A DNA stretch of 60,561 bases, the filler included. It is 7 parts of 7 records of this genome, joined end to end, with 100 filler letters (N's around TTAATTAATTAA, not from the genome) between each part and the next. Parts side by side here need not be neighbours in the genome. Positions count along the whole stretch, not along the records: positions 37,191 to 42,281 come from SRR31156797_32366; positions 42,382 to 51,342 come from SRR31156797_32398; 5 more parts are not named here. The stretch is one strand, 5' to 3'. Of the stretch, positions 37,692 to 47,037 are shown piece after piece. Position 1 is the stretch's first letter. The number at the start of each line of letters is the position of its first letter. The position numbers and the translations under genes were made by a program. The notes beneath the pieces were generated by a model, which was not told the origin of the DNA, did no database searches, and saw only the letters and a program-made list of their open reading frames with translations.

Positions 37692-37967
37692 TGAGTGCTG
37701 ATTTTTTACAATTCAGGTAACTATTTGCATTATTATCGTCTAAAATGAGCAAGAAGTCATGTATAAAATAATTACATGATTGAGTACACCCCATGACAAA
37801 CCTGAATGTGGTAATTTTTCGCTATTCAGTTCTGCTGGAGGGACTGGTTTGACTTCTTCATTTTATAGGGTAATTTAGACGGCCCATGATTCTCACTCTT
37901 TTGTAGCATTTTATTACTATCTATGATTCCCGGGAGCGGGGAAATTATATTTAAGCAACATGTTGAA

Positions 37968-39110
37968 TTATAGTTTATTACTCTTACCAAGATTACACCG
38001 ATCACATAAGGTTTGAAGATTCCCCATCTCCGTCTTACCTCCCTTAGAGACAGGAATAATATGATCAATATGCAATTTCACATTATCACTAGCTGATGAT
38101 CCACATATTTGACATTTATAGTTATCACGTTTTAAAACATCATATCTTAAAGACTGATTCATCATTGAACGCTCTTTGTTGATTTGATATTGTCGGGTTG
38201 ATCTGAATTCAAGCTCGTTTCTCACTTTGCTATGCAATAGCAATAAATTTGAATAATCAATTGTTAAGGTACTGCTGTAATGATTTCGTCCTTTTGGACT
38301 TGTATATCTAATACTATAAATGATTGTAGATTCTGAAATCGGTTTCTTTAACTTGACCTTTTCAAATTGCTTGTACTCTAAATTGAAAAATCTTTTTTGA
38401 GAAATGCCCCAAGGATTTTTCCTATATGAAATGTTATTCTTTTGGGCATATAAGTCTTCACATTTGGTCATGTAATCTGAGTATGATTTGATATTATTCT
38501 GCATTTTCTCGATAAGGCTATCATAAAAATAGATTTGCTCTTCAATAATAAGACTCATAAAGGCAGTAGGATCAAAACGATCATATTGAGCTTTTGAATC
38601 ACAATTATGTATATATGAATACTCTCGTTTAACATCTGTATTAAATTGAGTCTTAGAATTCTGATCCATTACAGACTTGATTAACTCGCTGTTCTTAAAT
38701 ACAAATCTTTTTTGAATCGATATGATGATGAAAAATAGCAGAAAAACTAACAGCACCGAAATTGATACTTTGACTACTAATTCATTTTCTAGGATTTTAA
38801 GACTTTTAGGTTCTTCTACAACTTTTGGTTCAATGTAGATTAGAAACTTCTTTGCAACATATCCCTTCTCAATCCTCACATTCGAAATATGAGCCCAGCC
38901 ATTTTCTGATGAATGGACCAGAACTGATTCACCTTTTTTTAAAACAGTAATCACATCATATTCCATCCCTGCCCCAGAGCGAACATTAAGATCTTGTTCG
39001 ACTTTAAATTGAGCGGAATCTGAAAAAGAAATATCGGGTATAAAAATAAGAAATAGTATAACCAATGTCTTTATTCTCGATTTCAATTTCCATTGCATAG
39101 ATGACTCCAA
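37968..39110 (-). CDS. SH3b-TM-HNH endonuclease
   Basis: Signal-like N-terminus, LNVRSGAG...GWAHI...GYVAKKF (SH3b), TM helix, and RDNYKCQICG...LHIDHIIPVSKGG...NLQTLCDRCNLGK (HNH). Confidence 0.85.
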   Translation of the reverse strand: MESSMQWKLKSRIKTLVILFLIFIPDISFSDSAQFKVEQDLNVRSGAGMEYDVITVLKKGESVLVHSSENGWAHISNVRIEKGYVAKKFLIYIEPKVVEEPKSLKILENELVVKVSISVLLVFLLFFIIISIQKRFVFKNSELIKSVMDQNSKTQFNTDVKREYSYIHNCDSKAQYDRFDPTAFMSLIIEEQIYFYDSLIEKMQNNIKSYSDYMTKCEDLYAQKNNISYRKNPWGISQKRFFNLEYKQFEKVKLKKPISESTIIYSIRYTSPKGRNHYSSTLTIDYSNLLLLHSKVRNELEFRSTRQYQINKERSMMNQSLRYDVLKRDNYKCQICGSSASDNVKLHIDHIIPVSKGGKTEMGNLQTLCDRCNLGKSNKL

Positions 39111-39640
39111 TCTTGTAGGTATTTTTGAATATCAAACTCATCCAATCCCAATCCCTTTGACAGATACAACGGATGATGAGGATGACCCTTCTTCAATATC
39201 TTTCCAATTGAATACCACCGGCAATCAGAACCAAGAATAGAATAGATATCTTTCAGACAGGGAATGAGGTACTTCCTTTTATCGATCAGTCCTCCCCAAG
39301 CAGCCCATATGTCATATTGTCCTCTGAAATACTTCTTAATCTCGGACAAGTTCCTCTGATGGATTTTCACATCCATTTCCTTATGCATATCATTTGGATT
39401 TGTTGCTCTCTGGGGATAGAGATTAATCATCAGCCAGGAGTCATAACCCAGAACCAATGCTCTATTGCGAACCTGGATTAGGGTATTATCAAGATTGTCC
39501 GGTTCTGCTGTACTGGGATTCACTCCCACACAGATTAAAGGATTATCACCCTTCTCTCCGAGTATGAAGCGTTCTTTGTTGTCAGGGCTGTTGCTGTATA
39601 TCCAGTTGCGATAAATCTTACTATTCTGATTCAATTTCAA
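39083..39640 (-). CDS. DUF1643 family protein
   Basis: VGVNPSTA, NLYPQRATNP, WAAWG and GHPHHPLY motifs. Confidence 0.8.
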   Translation of the reverse strand: MKLNQNSKIYRNWIYSNSPDNKERFILGEKGDNPLICVGVNPSTAEPDNLDNTLIQVRNRALVLGYDSWLMINLYPQRATNPNDMHKEMDVKIHQRNLSEIKKYFRGQYDIWAAWGGLIDKRKYLIPCLKDIYSILGSDCRWYSIGKILKKGHPHHPLYLSKGLGLDEFDIQKYLQDWSHLCNGN

Positions 39641-40520
39641 TATTCCTTAAAGCCTCAAAATGGTTTCTCCTCATATGCGCAATATCATTCTTAGAAGAAA
39701 TAGACATGATGTTATACACTCCCATATTTTTAACGATATCTAGTCTGGTAGAGCTTACTCCGCAAAATCTTACTATGTTAATTCCAACAACAATATTCAG
39801 CCATAGCCCCCTTCTTTGACCATGCTTCAGGCGAATAAAGATGTCATCATACTGAACTGATAATACAAATAGACTTAAGTAAGGAAGAGATATAATCATA
39901 AGAAAAATCGGATATATAAAACTTCTCAGAGTGGCAATATCAGCAAAATTCCTGAAATCATATATTCCCATATATATTGAATGAATAATTACAATGGCAC
40001 CCATAATGGTTATTAGCCCAGTAGTAATCTTCTTAACTGGAGCATGTTGAGCGTCCTTTGCAGACAATGTATCAATCAAAACGATTAATGCAGTAAAAGG
40101 TATCAAAATGAGTTCTGCAATTAATGAAAAGGGATAACTGCTGATAACAAATTCTAGCACAACTAGTAATTTTAAATTATCAAGAATTAGATTCGACCAG
40201 AATCTATTCTCACTGTACTTAGTAGAAGCCTGAAAACCAGTAACAATCCCTGAAAAGAGGAACCACATTATTGTATCTTTGAGAAGTGAAAACTCCCAGT
40301 AATCATGTATATAAAGAAGTCCCAGTACAAGCAACATATACAAAATGAAGCTTAAATAATATGCAAGAAGCTTACCTGCCATTCCTGCTTTGACAACTGA
40401 AAACAAGCTCTTCCTTATCTTTGATTTCGAAGAAGCTAGAATAAAGAGAAGGAAAAACCAGATGAATACAGCAATCTCACGAGAAGAGAATAATTCCTGA
40501 ATTTTATGCATTGGCAACAA
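39621..40520 (-). CDS. Multi-TM hypothetical membrane protein
   Basis: Several hydrophobic segments; overlaps both neighbours. Confidence 0.7.
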   Translation of the reverse strand: MLPMHKIQELFSSREIAVFIWFFLLFILASSKSKIRKSLFSVVKAGMAGKLLAYYLSFILYMLLVLGLLYIHDYWEFSLLKDTIMWFLFSGIVTGFQASTKYSENRFWSNLILDNLKLLVVLEFVISSYPFSLIAELILIPFTALIVLIDTLSAKDAQHAPVKKITTGLITIMGAIVIIHSIYMGIYDFRNFADIATLRSFIYPIFLMIISLPYLSLFVLSVQYDDIFIRLKHGQRRGLWLNIVVGINIVRFCGVSSTRLDIVKNMGVYNIMSISSKNDIAHMRRNHFEALRNIEIESE

Positions 40521-40926
40521 ACTTATCTGGATATTTCTTTACAATAGCCTCTTTTAAACTCTCAAATATGATTATCAACTCAGAGAACGCTAGTGTTATT
40601 CTTGGTCCCCGATCTGAATTAATAGTGATTTCAGATATCCTTCCTGTAAGTTCATCACCTCTATCTTTAAAATTTCTATGAGTCTTATGTGACAAGCCAT
40701 TTCTTATATTATCCAAATATTTTTTTATTTCTCTATATTTACGATTTTGAATTTTTGGAAGCTCACCAATATCTGAAAGATCGATTATGTACTTGGAATC
40801 AGGTTTTATTGCAGAAAGGATGTTCAATAGAACACCACAAATAAGTGTAAATTCGTGATTTATTCGAGTCTTTGAATCTTCATATATTTCAATAGACCTG
40901 ATTGCAAAATCAATATTATCTTCCAT
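40504..40926 (-). CDS. HEPN-family putative ribonuclease
   Basis: RNGLSH (R-x4-H) in a small helical protein; DFAIRS...HEFTLIC pattern recalls the pEK499_p136-type HEPN. Confidence 0.6.
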   Translation of the reverse strand: MEDNIDFAIRSIEIYEDSKTRINHEFTLICGVLLNILSAIKPDSKYIIDLSDIGELPKIQNRKYREIKKYLDNIRNGLSHKTHRNFKDRGDELTGRISEITINSDRGPRITLAFSELIIIFESLKEAIVKKYPDKFVANA

Positions 40927-40942
40927 TTGCATATTATGCTCC

Positions 40943-41686
40943 TCAAAAACTATATTTCACAGGATTCGCAGCACCGCGTTTCCGAAACCTATCAGGCACC
41001 CTCTTCCTCATATACAACTCTTTCAGAGCCCTCTCAGCTTCTTCACCGACAAAGGCAATCCGACCAGGCACGTTCTCTCCAAACTCTGGAAAGTTTTCCA
41101 CATTAGCTTCCATCCATTTTAAAGGCTTAAAGACTCCAACAATCATTCCCTGGATAACGGCAAGGACGTATTCGACATCTTCAACTTTCTTCTTGCTAAT
41201 CTTCCATGAGAAGCGAGTAGCATTGTATATACCACGCTCTGAAGCCAAACGATTAATGGTGATCATCAGGCATTTATGCTCAAATACTGCTTCCTCAGCA
41301 GCATACTTGTCCATAATCTCTTTAGCATTCATTGGCCCATAGTCATTGCTGCCAGTTCCACCCATGATATTAGTAACACCAGGATATGCATCTATGAGAG
41401 AAGCTTCCACCTCAAATGACATCTGCTCATCCATCCCATGTCGGTGGATAACATGGATAACATTCAATCCAGAATTATGAATCTCGCGGATTGTTTGAAG
41501 CTTATCACTCACTTCATCTGATTCCTCAGTAGCCAGGGCATCCTTCATATGATTGAATACACGGTTACCCTTCCCCTTACCAACATAGAAGGTTTCTCCA
41601 TTGCGGGGATCTATAAGGCGATAAACATAGTATTTGATTTCTTCTATGACTTCAGGCGGGAATTCTGTTAGTTCTGTGTGGCTCAT
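40943..41686 (-). CDS. LEM-3-like GIY-YIG nuclease
   Basis: YYVYRLIDPRNGETFYVGKGKGNRVFNH and EVEASLID motifs; start taken at MSHTEL. Confidence 0.85.
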   Translation of the reverse strand: MSHTELTEFPPEVIEEIKYYVYRLIDPRNGETFYVGKGKGNRVFNHMKDALATEESDEVSDKLQTIREIHNSGLNVIHVIHRHGMDEQMSFEVEASLIDAYPGVTNIMGGTGSNDYGPMNAKEIMDKYAAEEAVFEHKCLMITINRLASERGIYNATRFSWKISKKKVEDVEYVLAVIQGMIVGVFKPLKWMEANVENFPEFGENVPGRIAFVGEEAERALKELYMRKRVPDRFRKRGAANPVKYSF

Positions 41687-41766
41687 GAGGAAAGGATAAC
41701 AGATGATCAGGAATGAAGCATGTATTTTATATACAATTCCAATTTTTCTTCTTATGATATTAATCA

Positions 41767-42281
41767 ATGAAATTTACACCTGTACAGATTTTCAAAATGT
41801 TCAAACCATTCTTCAAATTTAAGAGTTATTTAAAAGATTACAGCAAAGATATCTCAATCTCTCGAATCTTTCCGATGGAATACTTTGCGGACCTTATTCT
41901 TAGAAGTAACCTTGTTTTTGTAAAACCTCACCTGTGGGATGATCCACTTGAGAGCCATTTTCTAAAAAAGTCAGAACGGGAAATACGTTGGAATGGAACT
42001 AACCTCTATGGAATTTGCTGGACAGAACAAAAAGATATCGATCATCTGTGGGAAAAGTATTGCCCTGATGGAGTTGGAGTTCGTGTTTATTCAAACCTTC
42101 AGTACATTGATGAAGCTATAATTGGAATGAATTGGTTGTATAAGGCAAAAGATCGCTATTCCGGTAATGTCCGGTATCTATCTAAAAAGACAGTACGCGG
42201 CTACATTGAATCAGACTTCGTCTCAAAGAGTAACACTGGTTCTGATACTGCATACATGAGAGCTCACTGCTTATTCTACAA
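41767..42281 (+). CDS. DUF2971-like protein, 3'-truncated
   Basis: WDDPLE, GICWT, LWEKY and GVRV match the NDPFE/CFS/MWxxY/GxxI pattern; start uncertain. Confidence 0.6.
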
Positions 42282-42381
42282 NNNNNNNNNNNNNNNNNNN
42301 NNNNNNNNNNNNNNNNNNNNNNNNNTTAATTAATTAANNNNNNNNNNNNNNNNNNNNNNNNNNNNNNNNNNNNNNNNNNNN
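42282..42381. other. Artificial contig spacer
   Basis: N-run with TTAATTAATTAA. Confidence 0.98.
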
Positions 42382-42633
42382 GTTTTGCATGTGTTTTCCG
42401 TAACGGTTCATAAACTTATCAACACGTCCGGCAGTATCCACAAGTTTCGATTTTCCGGTGTAGAAAGGATGCGAAGTGTTCGAAATTTCCAGTTTGTAAA
42501 CAGGATATTCCACTCCGTCAATAGTTTCTGTCTCTTTTGTATCAACAGTAGAGCGGGTAATAAAAGTATGTCCGTTCGACATATCTTTAAAAGCTACCAA
42601 TCTGTATCCCTTTGGATGAATGTCTTTTTTCAT
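42382..42633 (-). CDS. rpmE2: 50S ribosomal protein L31 type B (zinc-independent), stop not seen
   Basis: MKKDIHP...SHPFYTGK..VDTAGRVDKF; no Cys. Confidence 0.95.
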
Positions 42634-42716
42634 TTTGCTTTATTTTTGCTTGAATGGTTACATTTCCCTTAAGCAATCCATTCGTCTTGTTATACTTTAA
42701 TCTAATTTTCGGCCTG

Positions 42717-42724
42717 CAAAGATA
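42717..42724 (-). promoter_or_regulatory. Bacteroidota -7 promoter element
   Basis: TATCTTTG (TAnnTTTG) upstream of rpmE2. Confidence 0.6.
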
Positions 42725-42788
42725 TATATACTTTATAACTTTCCAAAAACTTATCTTATTTATTTGCTTATTAATTAAGTTGTTAATC

Positions 42789-43955
42789 CTAGTTAAGTAA
42801 AGGAGCTTTAATAACCTTTTTACTACGGTCGAACATATAGCGCATGGTATAATGTGTTTTAGCTTTTTTTGCACCGGTAGCTTCGTATATTGCAATAATC
42901 TTCGGATTAAAATCACCTGCCCAGGAAAGCTCAACTTCGGAATAATGTTTATGCGAATTCTTTTTCATTATCTGTTCCTGGTGCCAGAAAATTCCGGATT
43001 CGATACCCGAACGCTGATATTTTGCATCCACCCCCATTAAAAAGATTCGGGTTCGGTTTATCGTTCTAGTCTTTTTGTAATACAAGAACTTCAGAATCCC
43101 CATGAAGTTCAGCTTTCCCTTCAGTTTTCGAAGGATCTGGTTAAAATCTGGAATCATTACAAACATCGCAATTGGTTTTTCACCATCGTAAGCAAACCAA
43201 ATCATTTCCGGATCAAGAATGGCTTTCGACTCTTTCAGGAAATCTCTTAAATCATCCGGATCAAGCGGTTTATAATGCTCGTGCGACGACCAGGCTCCAT
43301 CGTAAACCTCGCAGAAATCTTTTACAAACTTTTCGGTTTCGGAATAATTAAAGTGTTTGAAATTATATTGTGGTTTTTTAGCTACCCAGCCAGCAATTTT
43401 CCAAAATCGCTCCGGAAAGGGAACGGTATAATCCAGATGAAAACAATATTGTTCGAAATATACTTCAAATCCAAAATCACGAAATAACTTTTGGTAGTAC
43501 TCCGGGTTATAAGGCATACCAAAACCCTGCGGCATAAAACCATCAACCAACAATCCCCAGTTTATATAGTTTTCACCAAAATTTATAGGACCATCCATGG
43601 CTTCCATGCCATTCTCCTTGTTCCATTTAACAGCTGCTTCAAACAATGTATTTGCAGCCTCCTGGTTATTTACACATTCGAAAAAACCACATCCTCCGGT
43701 AGGCTGCTCATAGGTTTTCGACAGGTTAAAATTTACAAATGCTGCAATACGCCCCAGGAGTTCTCCCTTGTCGCCGAGCAATACCCAACGAATTGCTTTA
43801 CCGTTGCGAAAAGTTTTATTTTTTTTTGGATCAAAAATATCTTCAACCATCCCTTGCAATGGTGCAGCCCAGTTATTATCGTTCTTGTAAATCAGGTGCG
43901 GAACCTTATGAAATTGTTTACGGGTTTTCTTATCTGTTACTTCAATTAATTGCAT
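42789..43955 (-). CDS. YghO-like GNAT acyltransferase (paralog 2)
   Basis: GRIAAF, GFFEC, GPINF, MPYNPEYY and ELSW motifs. Confidence 0.78.
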   Translation of the reverse strand: MQLIEVTDKKTRKQFHKVPHLIYKNDNNWAAPLQGMVEDIFDPKKNKTFRNGKAIRWVLLGDKGELLGRIAAFVNFNLSKTYEQPTGGCGFFECVNNQEAANTLFEAAVKWNKENGMEAMDGPINFGENYINWGLLVDGFMPQGFGMPYNPEYYQKLFRDFGFEVYFEQYCFHLDYTVPFPERFWKIAGWVAKKPQYNFKHFNYSETEKFVKDFCEVYDGAWSSHEHYKPLDPDDLRDFLKESKAILDPEMIWFAYDGEKPIAMFVMIPDFNQILRKLKGKLNFMGILKFLYYKKTRTINRTRIFLMGVDAKYQRSGIESGIFWHQEQIMKKNSHKHYSEVELSWAGDFNPKIIAIYEATGAKKAKTHYTMRYMFDRSKKVIKAPLLN

Positions 43956-44003
43956 CGTTTAATTTTTGGCCAAATTACTTAATTCGCATAAAAAAACTAC
44001 TTT

Positions 44004-45167
44004 TTATTCAATTATAGGTGCGCGAACAAAATCTTTGTCCCGATCAAATAAATAGCGCATTGTACAATGCGTTTGAGTTTGCCGGGCACCAAATGATTTA
44101 AACAAAGCAATCATCTTTGGATTAAAGTCTCCAACCCAACTCATTTCCATATCGTTATACCAATATTTTTTCAGCATAACTTTTTTTAAGTGATAAAAAA
44201 TGGCCGACTCTATTCCTTTGCCCTGGTAGCCCGGAACAATACCAAGCACTATCACTCGGCAACGGGTAATAACCTTCCGTTTCTTGAGGTATAATAATTT
44301 TAAAATCTGCCAAAAATTTAACTTTCCTGTTTTCAATCTTTTCAGGATTTGATTGAGATCGAGAATTTGCATAAAAAATCCTATAGGTTTTCCATTATGA
44401 TAGGCATACCAAATAAATTCCTCATCGAGAATAATTTTAGCATTGTGAATTAATTCTTTTAGCTGCTGAAATACCAGAGGTTTGTAATTTCCATGCCCTC
44501 TCCAGGCCTTTTGATGAATCTCAATAAAATCCCGAATATATTTTTCACTGTTCTTAAATGAAAAAGTCTCGAAAGTATATCCAGGTTTGTGGGCTACCCA
44601 CTCAGCTATTTTCCAAAAACGTTCAGGAAGGTCGGGGTTTGTGATATCAAGCGAATAAGAATATTGGTTGTAATAGGTTTTAAAACCATACGATTCAAAC
44701 AGTTTTTTGTAATAGGGAGGATTATATTGCATTCCAAAAGTTTGCGGCTTAAAACCATCGGTCAGCATTCCCCAAAAAAAGAAATTTTCTTCGAAATTAA
44801 CTGGCCCATCCATGGCTTCCATACCATGCTCAAACAACCAGTTGCGAGCGGTATCAAAAAGTGCAAATGCTGCTACTTCATCATCAATGCATTCGAAAAA
44901 ACCACAACATCCCGTTAGCTGATCATAACCCGAAGCGTAATCCTCGTCGTAAAACGCAGCTATACGGCCAACAAAGCCACTACCCTTTTTTAAAAGCCAC
45001 CGTTTTGCTTCTCCTTTGGAAAAACGTGCATTTTTTTTCGGATCAAAGGTATCCTCAACCATCATTTTTAGCTGTGGTATCCAGTTGCAATCGTTTTTAT
45101 AAATGCTTTCAGTAACCTTGTGAAATTCATCTACCAACCTTGGTGTGGTAACCTGAATAACCTGCAT
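44004..45167 (-). CDS. YghO-like GNAT acyltransferase (paralog 1)
   Basis: GRIAAF, GFFEC, GPVNF, YNPPYY, YQGKGI and EMSW motifs. Confidence 0.78.
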   Translation of the reverse strand: MQVIQVTTPRLVDEFHKVTESIYKNDCNWIPQLKMMVEDTFDPKKNARFSKGEAKRWLLKKGSGFVGRIAAFYDEDYASGYDQLTGCCGFFECIDDEVAAFALFDTARNWLFEHGMEAMDGPVNFEENFFFWGMLTDGFKPQTFGMQYNPPYYKKLFESYGFKTYYNQYSYSLDITNPDLPERFWKIAEWVAHKPGYTFETFSFKNSEKYIRDFIEIHQKAWRGHGNYKPLVFQQLKELIHNAKIILDEEFIWYAYHNGKPIGFFMQILDLNQILKRLKTGKLNFWQILKLLYLKKRKVITRCRVIVLGIVPGYQGKGIESAIFYHLKKVMLKKYWYNDMEMSWVGDFNPKMIALFKSFGARQTQTHCTMRYLFDRDKDFVRAPIIE

Positions 45168-45229
45168 GATATAATTTGAATTTAAGTGGAACAGGTATCG
45201 AAAATAATAATTTGAAACAAAAAATAAAA

Positions 45230-45263
45230 AACAGGCTTACCCCGTAACCAGGATAAGCCTGTT
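45230..45263 (-). terminator. Rho-independent terminator of the YccA-family gene
   Basis: AACAGGCTTA...TAAGCCTGTT hairpin followed on the minus strand by a T-run. Confidence 0.7.
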
Positions 45264-45285
45264 AATATATTTCAGATTTTTCTAA

Positions 45286-46056
45286 TTAATCGCGACTTGC
45301 AATCTTAGACAACAATCGTAGTATTTCGATGTACAACCAAATTAATGTTACCATTAAACCAAAGGCTCCGTACCATTCCATGTACTTTGGAGCACCTTGC
45401 GCCGAAGCATTTTCGATAAATGCAAAATCGAGTACGAGGTTTAAGGCGGCAATCGCCACTACTACAAGGCTAATTCCTATACTTAAATTGCTATTGCCAT
45501 GCAAAAATGAAGTATCCATACCAAACATTCCTCCGATAAAGCTCACCAAATAAAGCAAGGCAATACCGCCTGTTGCCGCAAAAAGGCCCATTGCAAATTT
45601 GCGGGTTACTTTAATTATCCCTGAACGGTACAAAAACAACATAACCATAAATACTGCCAGTGTTAACATAACTGCGCGCATCACAATTCCTTCGTATTGC
45701 GAATTAAATAATGCTGAAATACCTCCCAAAAACAAACCTTCCAGGATGGCGTAAATCGGGGCCGAGATACCGGCACTTTTCGGACGAAAAGCAGTTACCA
45801 AAGCTGCAACCAAACCACCAATTCCTCCTACAGCAAGCCAGGGAGTTACCACCGCCATAACATTTTCAGGATTTGTTGCAAGCGCATCAAAAAACTTGTT
45901 CCATGTAAAAACAGCTCCGGCAACAACCAGTAAAAGCATCAATGCCGTTTTATTTACTGTACCATTAACCGTCATTACATCCGACTGTGTTGTATAGTTC
46001 CTGCTAAAAACATTTTCTTTTAAAACAGGGTTTGAAGATTTCGTAATATTCATCAT
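45286..46056 (-). CDS. Bax inhibitor-1/YccA family membrane protein
   Basis: SSNPV, MTVNGTVNKT and GAPKYMEWYGAFGLMVTLIWLYIEILRLL motifs. Confidence 0.9.
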   Translation of the reverse strand: MMNITKSSNPVLKENVFSRNYTTQSDVMTVNGTVNKTALMLLLVVAGAVFTWNKFFDALATNPENVMAVVTPWLAVGGIGGLVAALVTAFRPKSAGISAPIYAILEGLFLGGISALFNSQYEGIVMRAVMLTLAVFMVMLFLYRSGIIKVTRKFAMGLFAATGGIALLYLVSFIGGMFGMDTSFLHGNSNLSIGISLVVVAIAALNLVLDFAFIENASAQGAPKYMEWYGAFGLMVTLIWLYIEILRLLSKIASRD

Positions 46057-46182
46057 AGTAATTATAGTTTAAAATTTAATATTCAAAGATTATCAGCTTT
46101 GAACAGTGAGTTCATTTTTAACAAAACATCTGCCATTAAGTTTTTTTTATGACAGCTTTACAGTTAAATAAAGTTAAAGCAA

Positions 46183-46887
46183 TTAACTCCGGAAACGTTC
46201 CTGAATGTAATCACTGCTTAATTCTTCAAACAGTTGCTCTCCCAATCTGGTGGAAATTTCCGAATCGCTTAATTGAAAAGTCTTTGATAACTCGACACAA
46301 TACTGATTCAGTTGCTCAGATCTCGATCCCAGAGCCAATACTGCCCGATAAAGGGGTGTAAAAAGCTGCTCGTCTCTTGCCAGCGTTGGTAACTCATCAA
46401 AAAAAGGTTCAAACATTTCATCAATGGCATTTTTTTCTGTAATTGCCAATCGTCCCATCAAGTGAACTCCGGTAAATCGTACGATGTGTTTTTTACCACG
46501 GCACCACTCCAAAGCTTTTACAAACGCAAACTTACTTTTCACCCAAAGATTGGTAGAAGCTTGTTCTGCAATTTCCGTATTCTCAAAACCTTTTGTCCAG
46601 AAATCCATTTGCTCTTCACTTACTTCATCCGGTTCATCCAGTAAAGTTGCCATAATCATTGTTTCGCGCCATTGTTTGTTCCAAAGCTTTAAGGCCAATA
46701 AATGATCATTCTCAAAGTTTTGGGCCATTTCGCGTAAATCGAGTAAGGAAACTCCCCAGTTCAATTTATAGGATACCCCCTGACTGCTCATTGTTTCAGA
46801 TACCTCACCACTCTGACGAAGCTTTATCATCTTTAAAAGTTTCTGAAACTTTTTTTCGGTTTCCTGATTATCGATAATAAAATCCAT
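46183..46887 (-). CDS. DNA alkylation repair (AlkD-like HEAT-repeat) protein
   Basis: NWGVSLLDLREMA, LALKLW and RETMIMATLL motifs. Confidence 0.72.
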   Translation of the reverse strand: MDFIIDNQETEKKFQKLLKMIKLRQSGEVSETMSSQGVSYKLNWGVSLLDLREMAQNFENDHLLALKLWNKQWRETMIMATLLDEPDEVSEEQMDFWTKGFENTEIAEQASTNLWVKSKFAFVKALEWCRGKKHIVRFTGVHLMGRLAITEKNAIDEMFEPFFDELPTLARDEQLFTPLYRAVLALGSRSEQLNQYCVELSKTFQLSDSEISTRLGEQLFEELSSDYIQERFRS

Positions 46888-47037
46888 ACTTTTCTAATTC
46901 ACTACTAGATACTGAAAAAATTAAATCACAAAAATATACAATGCATTGGTATTTCTTCGTTTTCGGAGAAAAGCTTAAACAAAGCAAATATTTTTTTATC
47001 ATATTTACCTAAAATATTGACACCGGGCTTTAACTGC

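Noticed and set aside
37795-37855. Possible integron attC site (GTCAAAC-cagtccCTCCAG...GTTTGTC on the minus strand)
   Set aside because: The R boxes are imperfect, there is no matching L' box, only one copy exists, no integrase is present, and the neighbouring genes overlap like an operon rather than cassettes.
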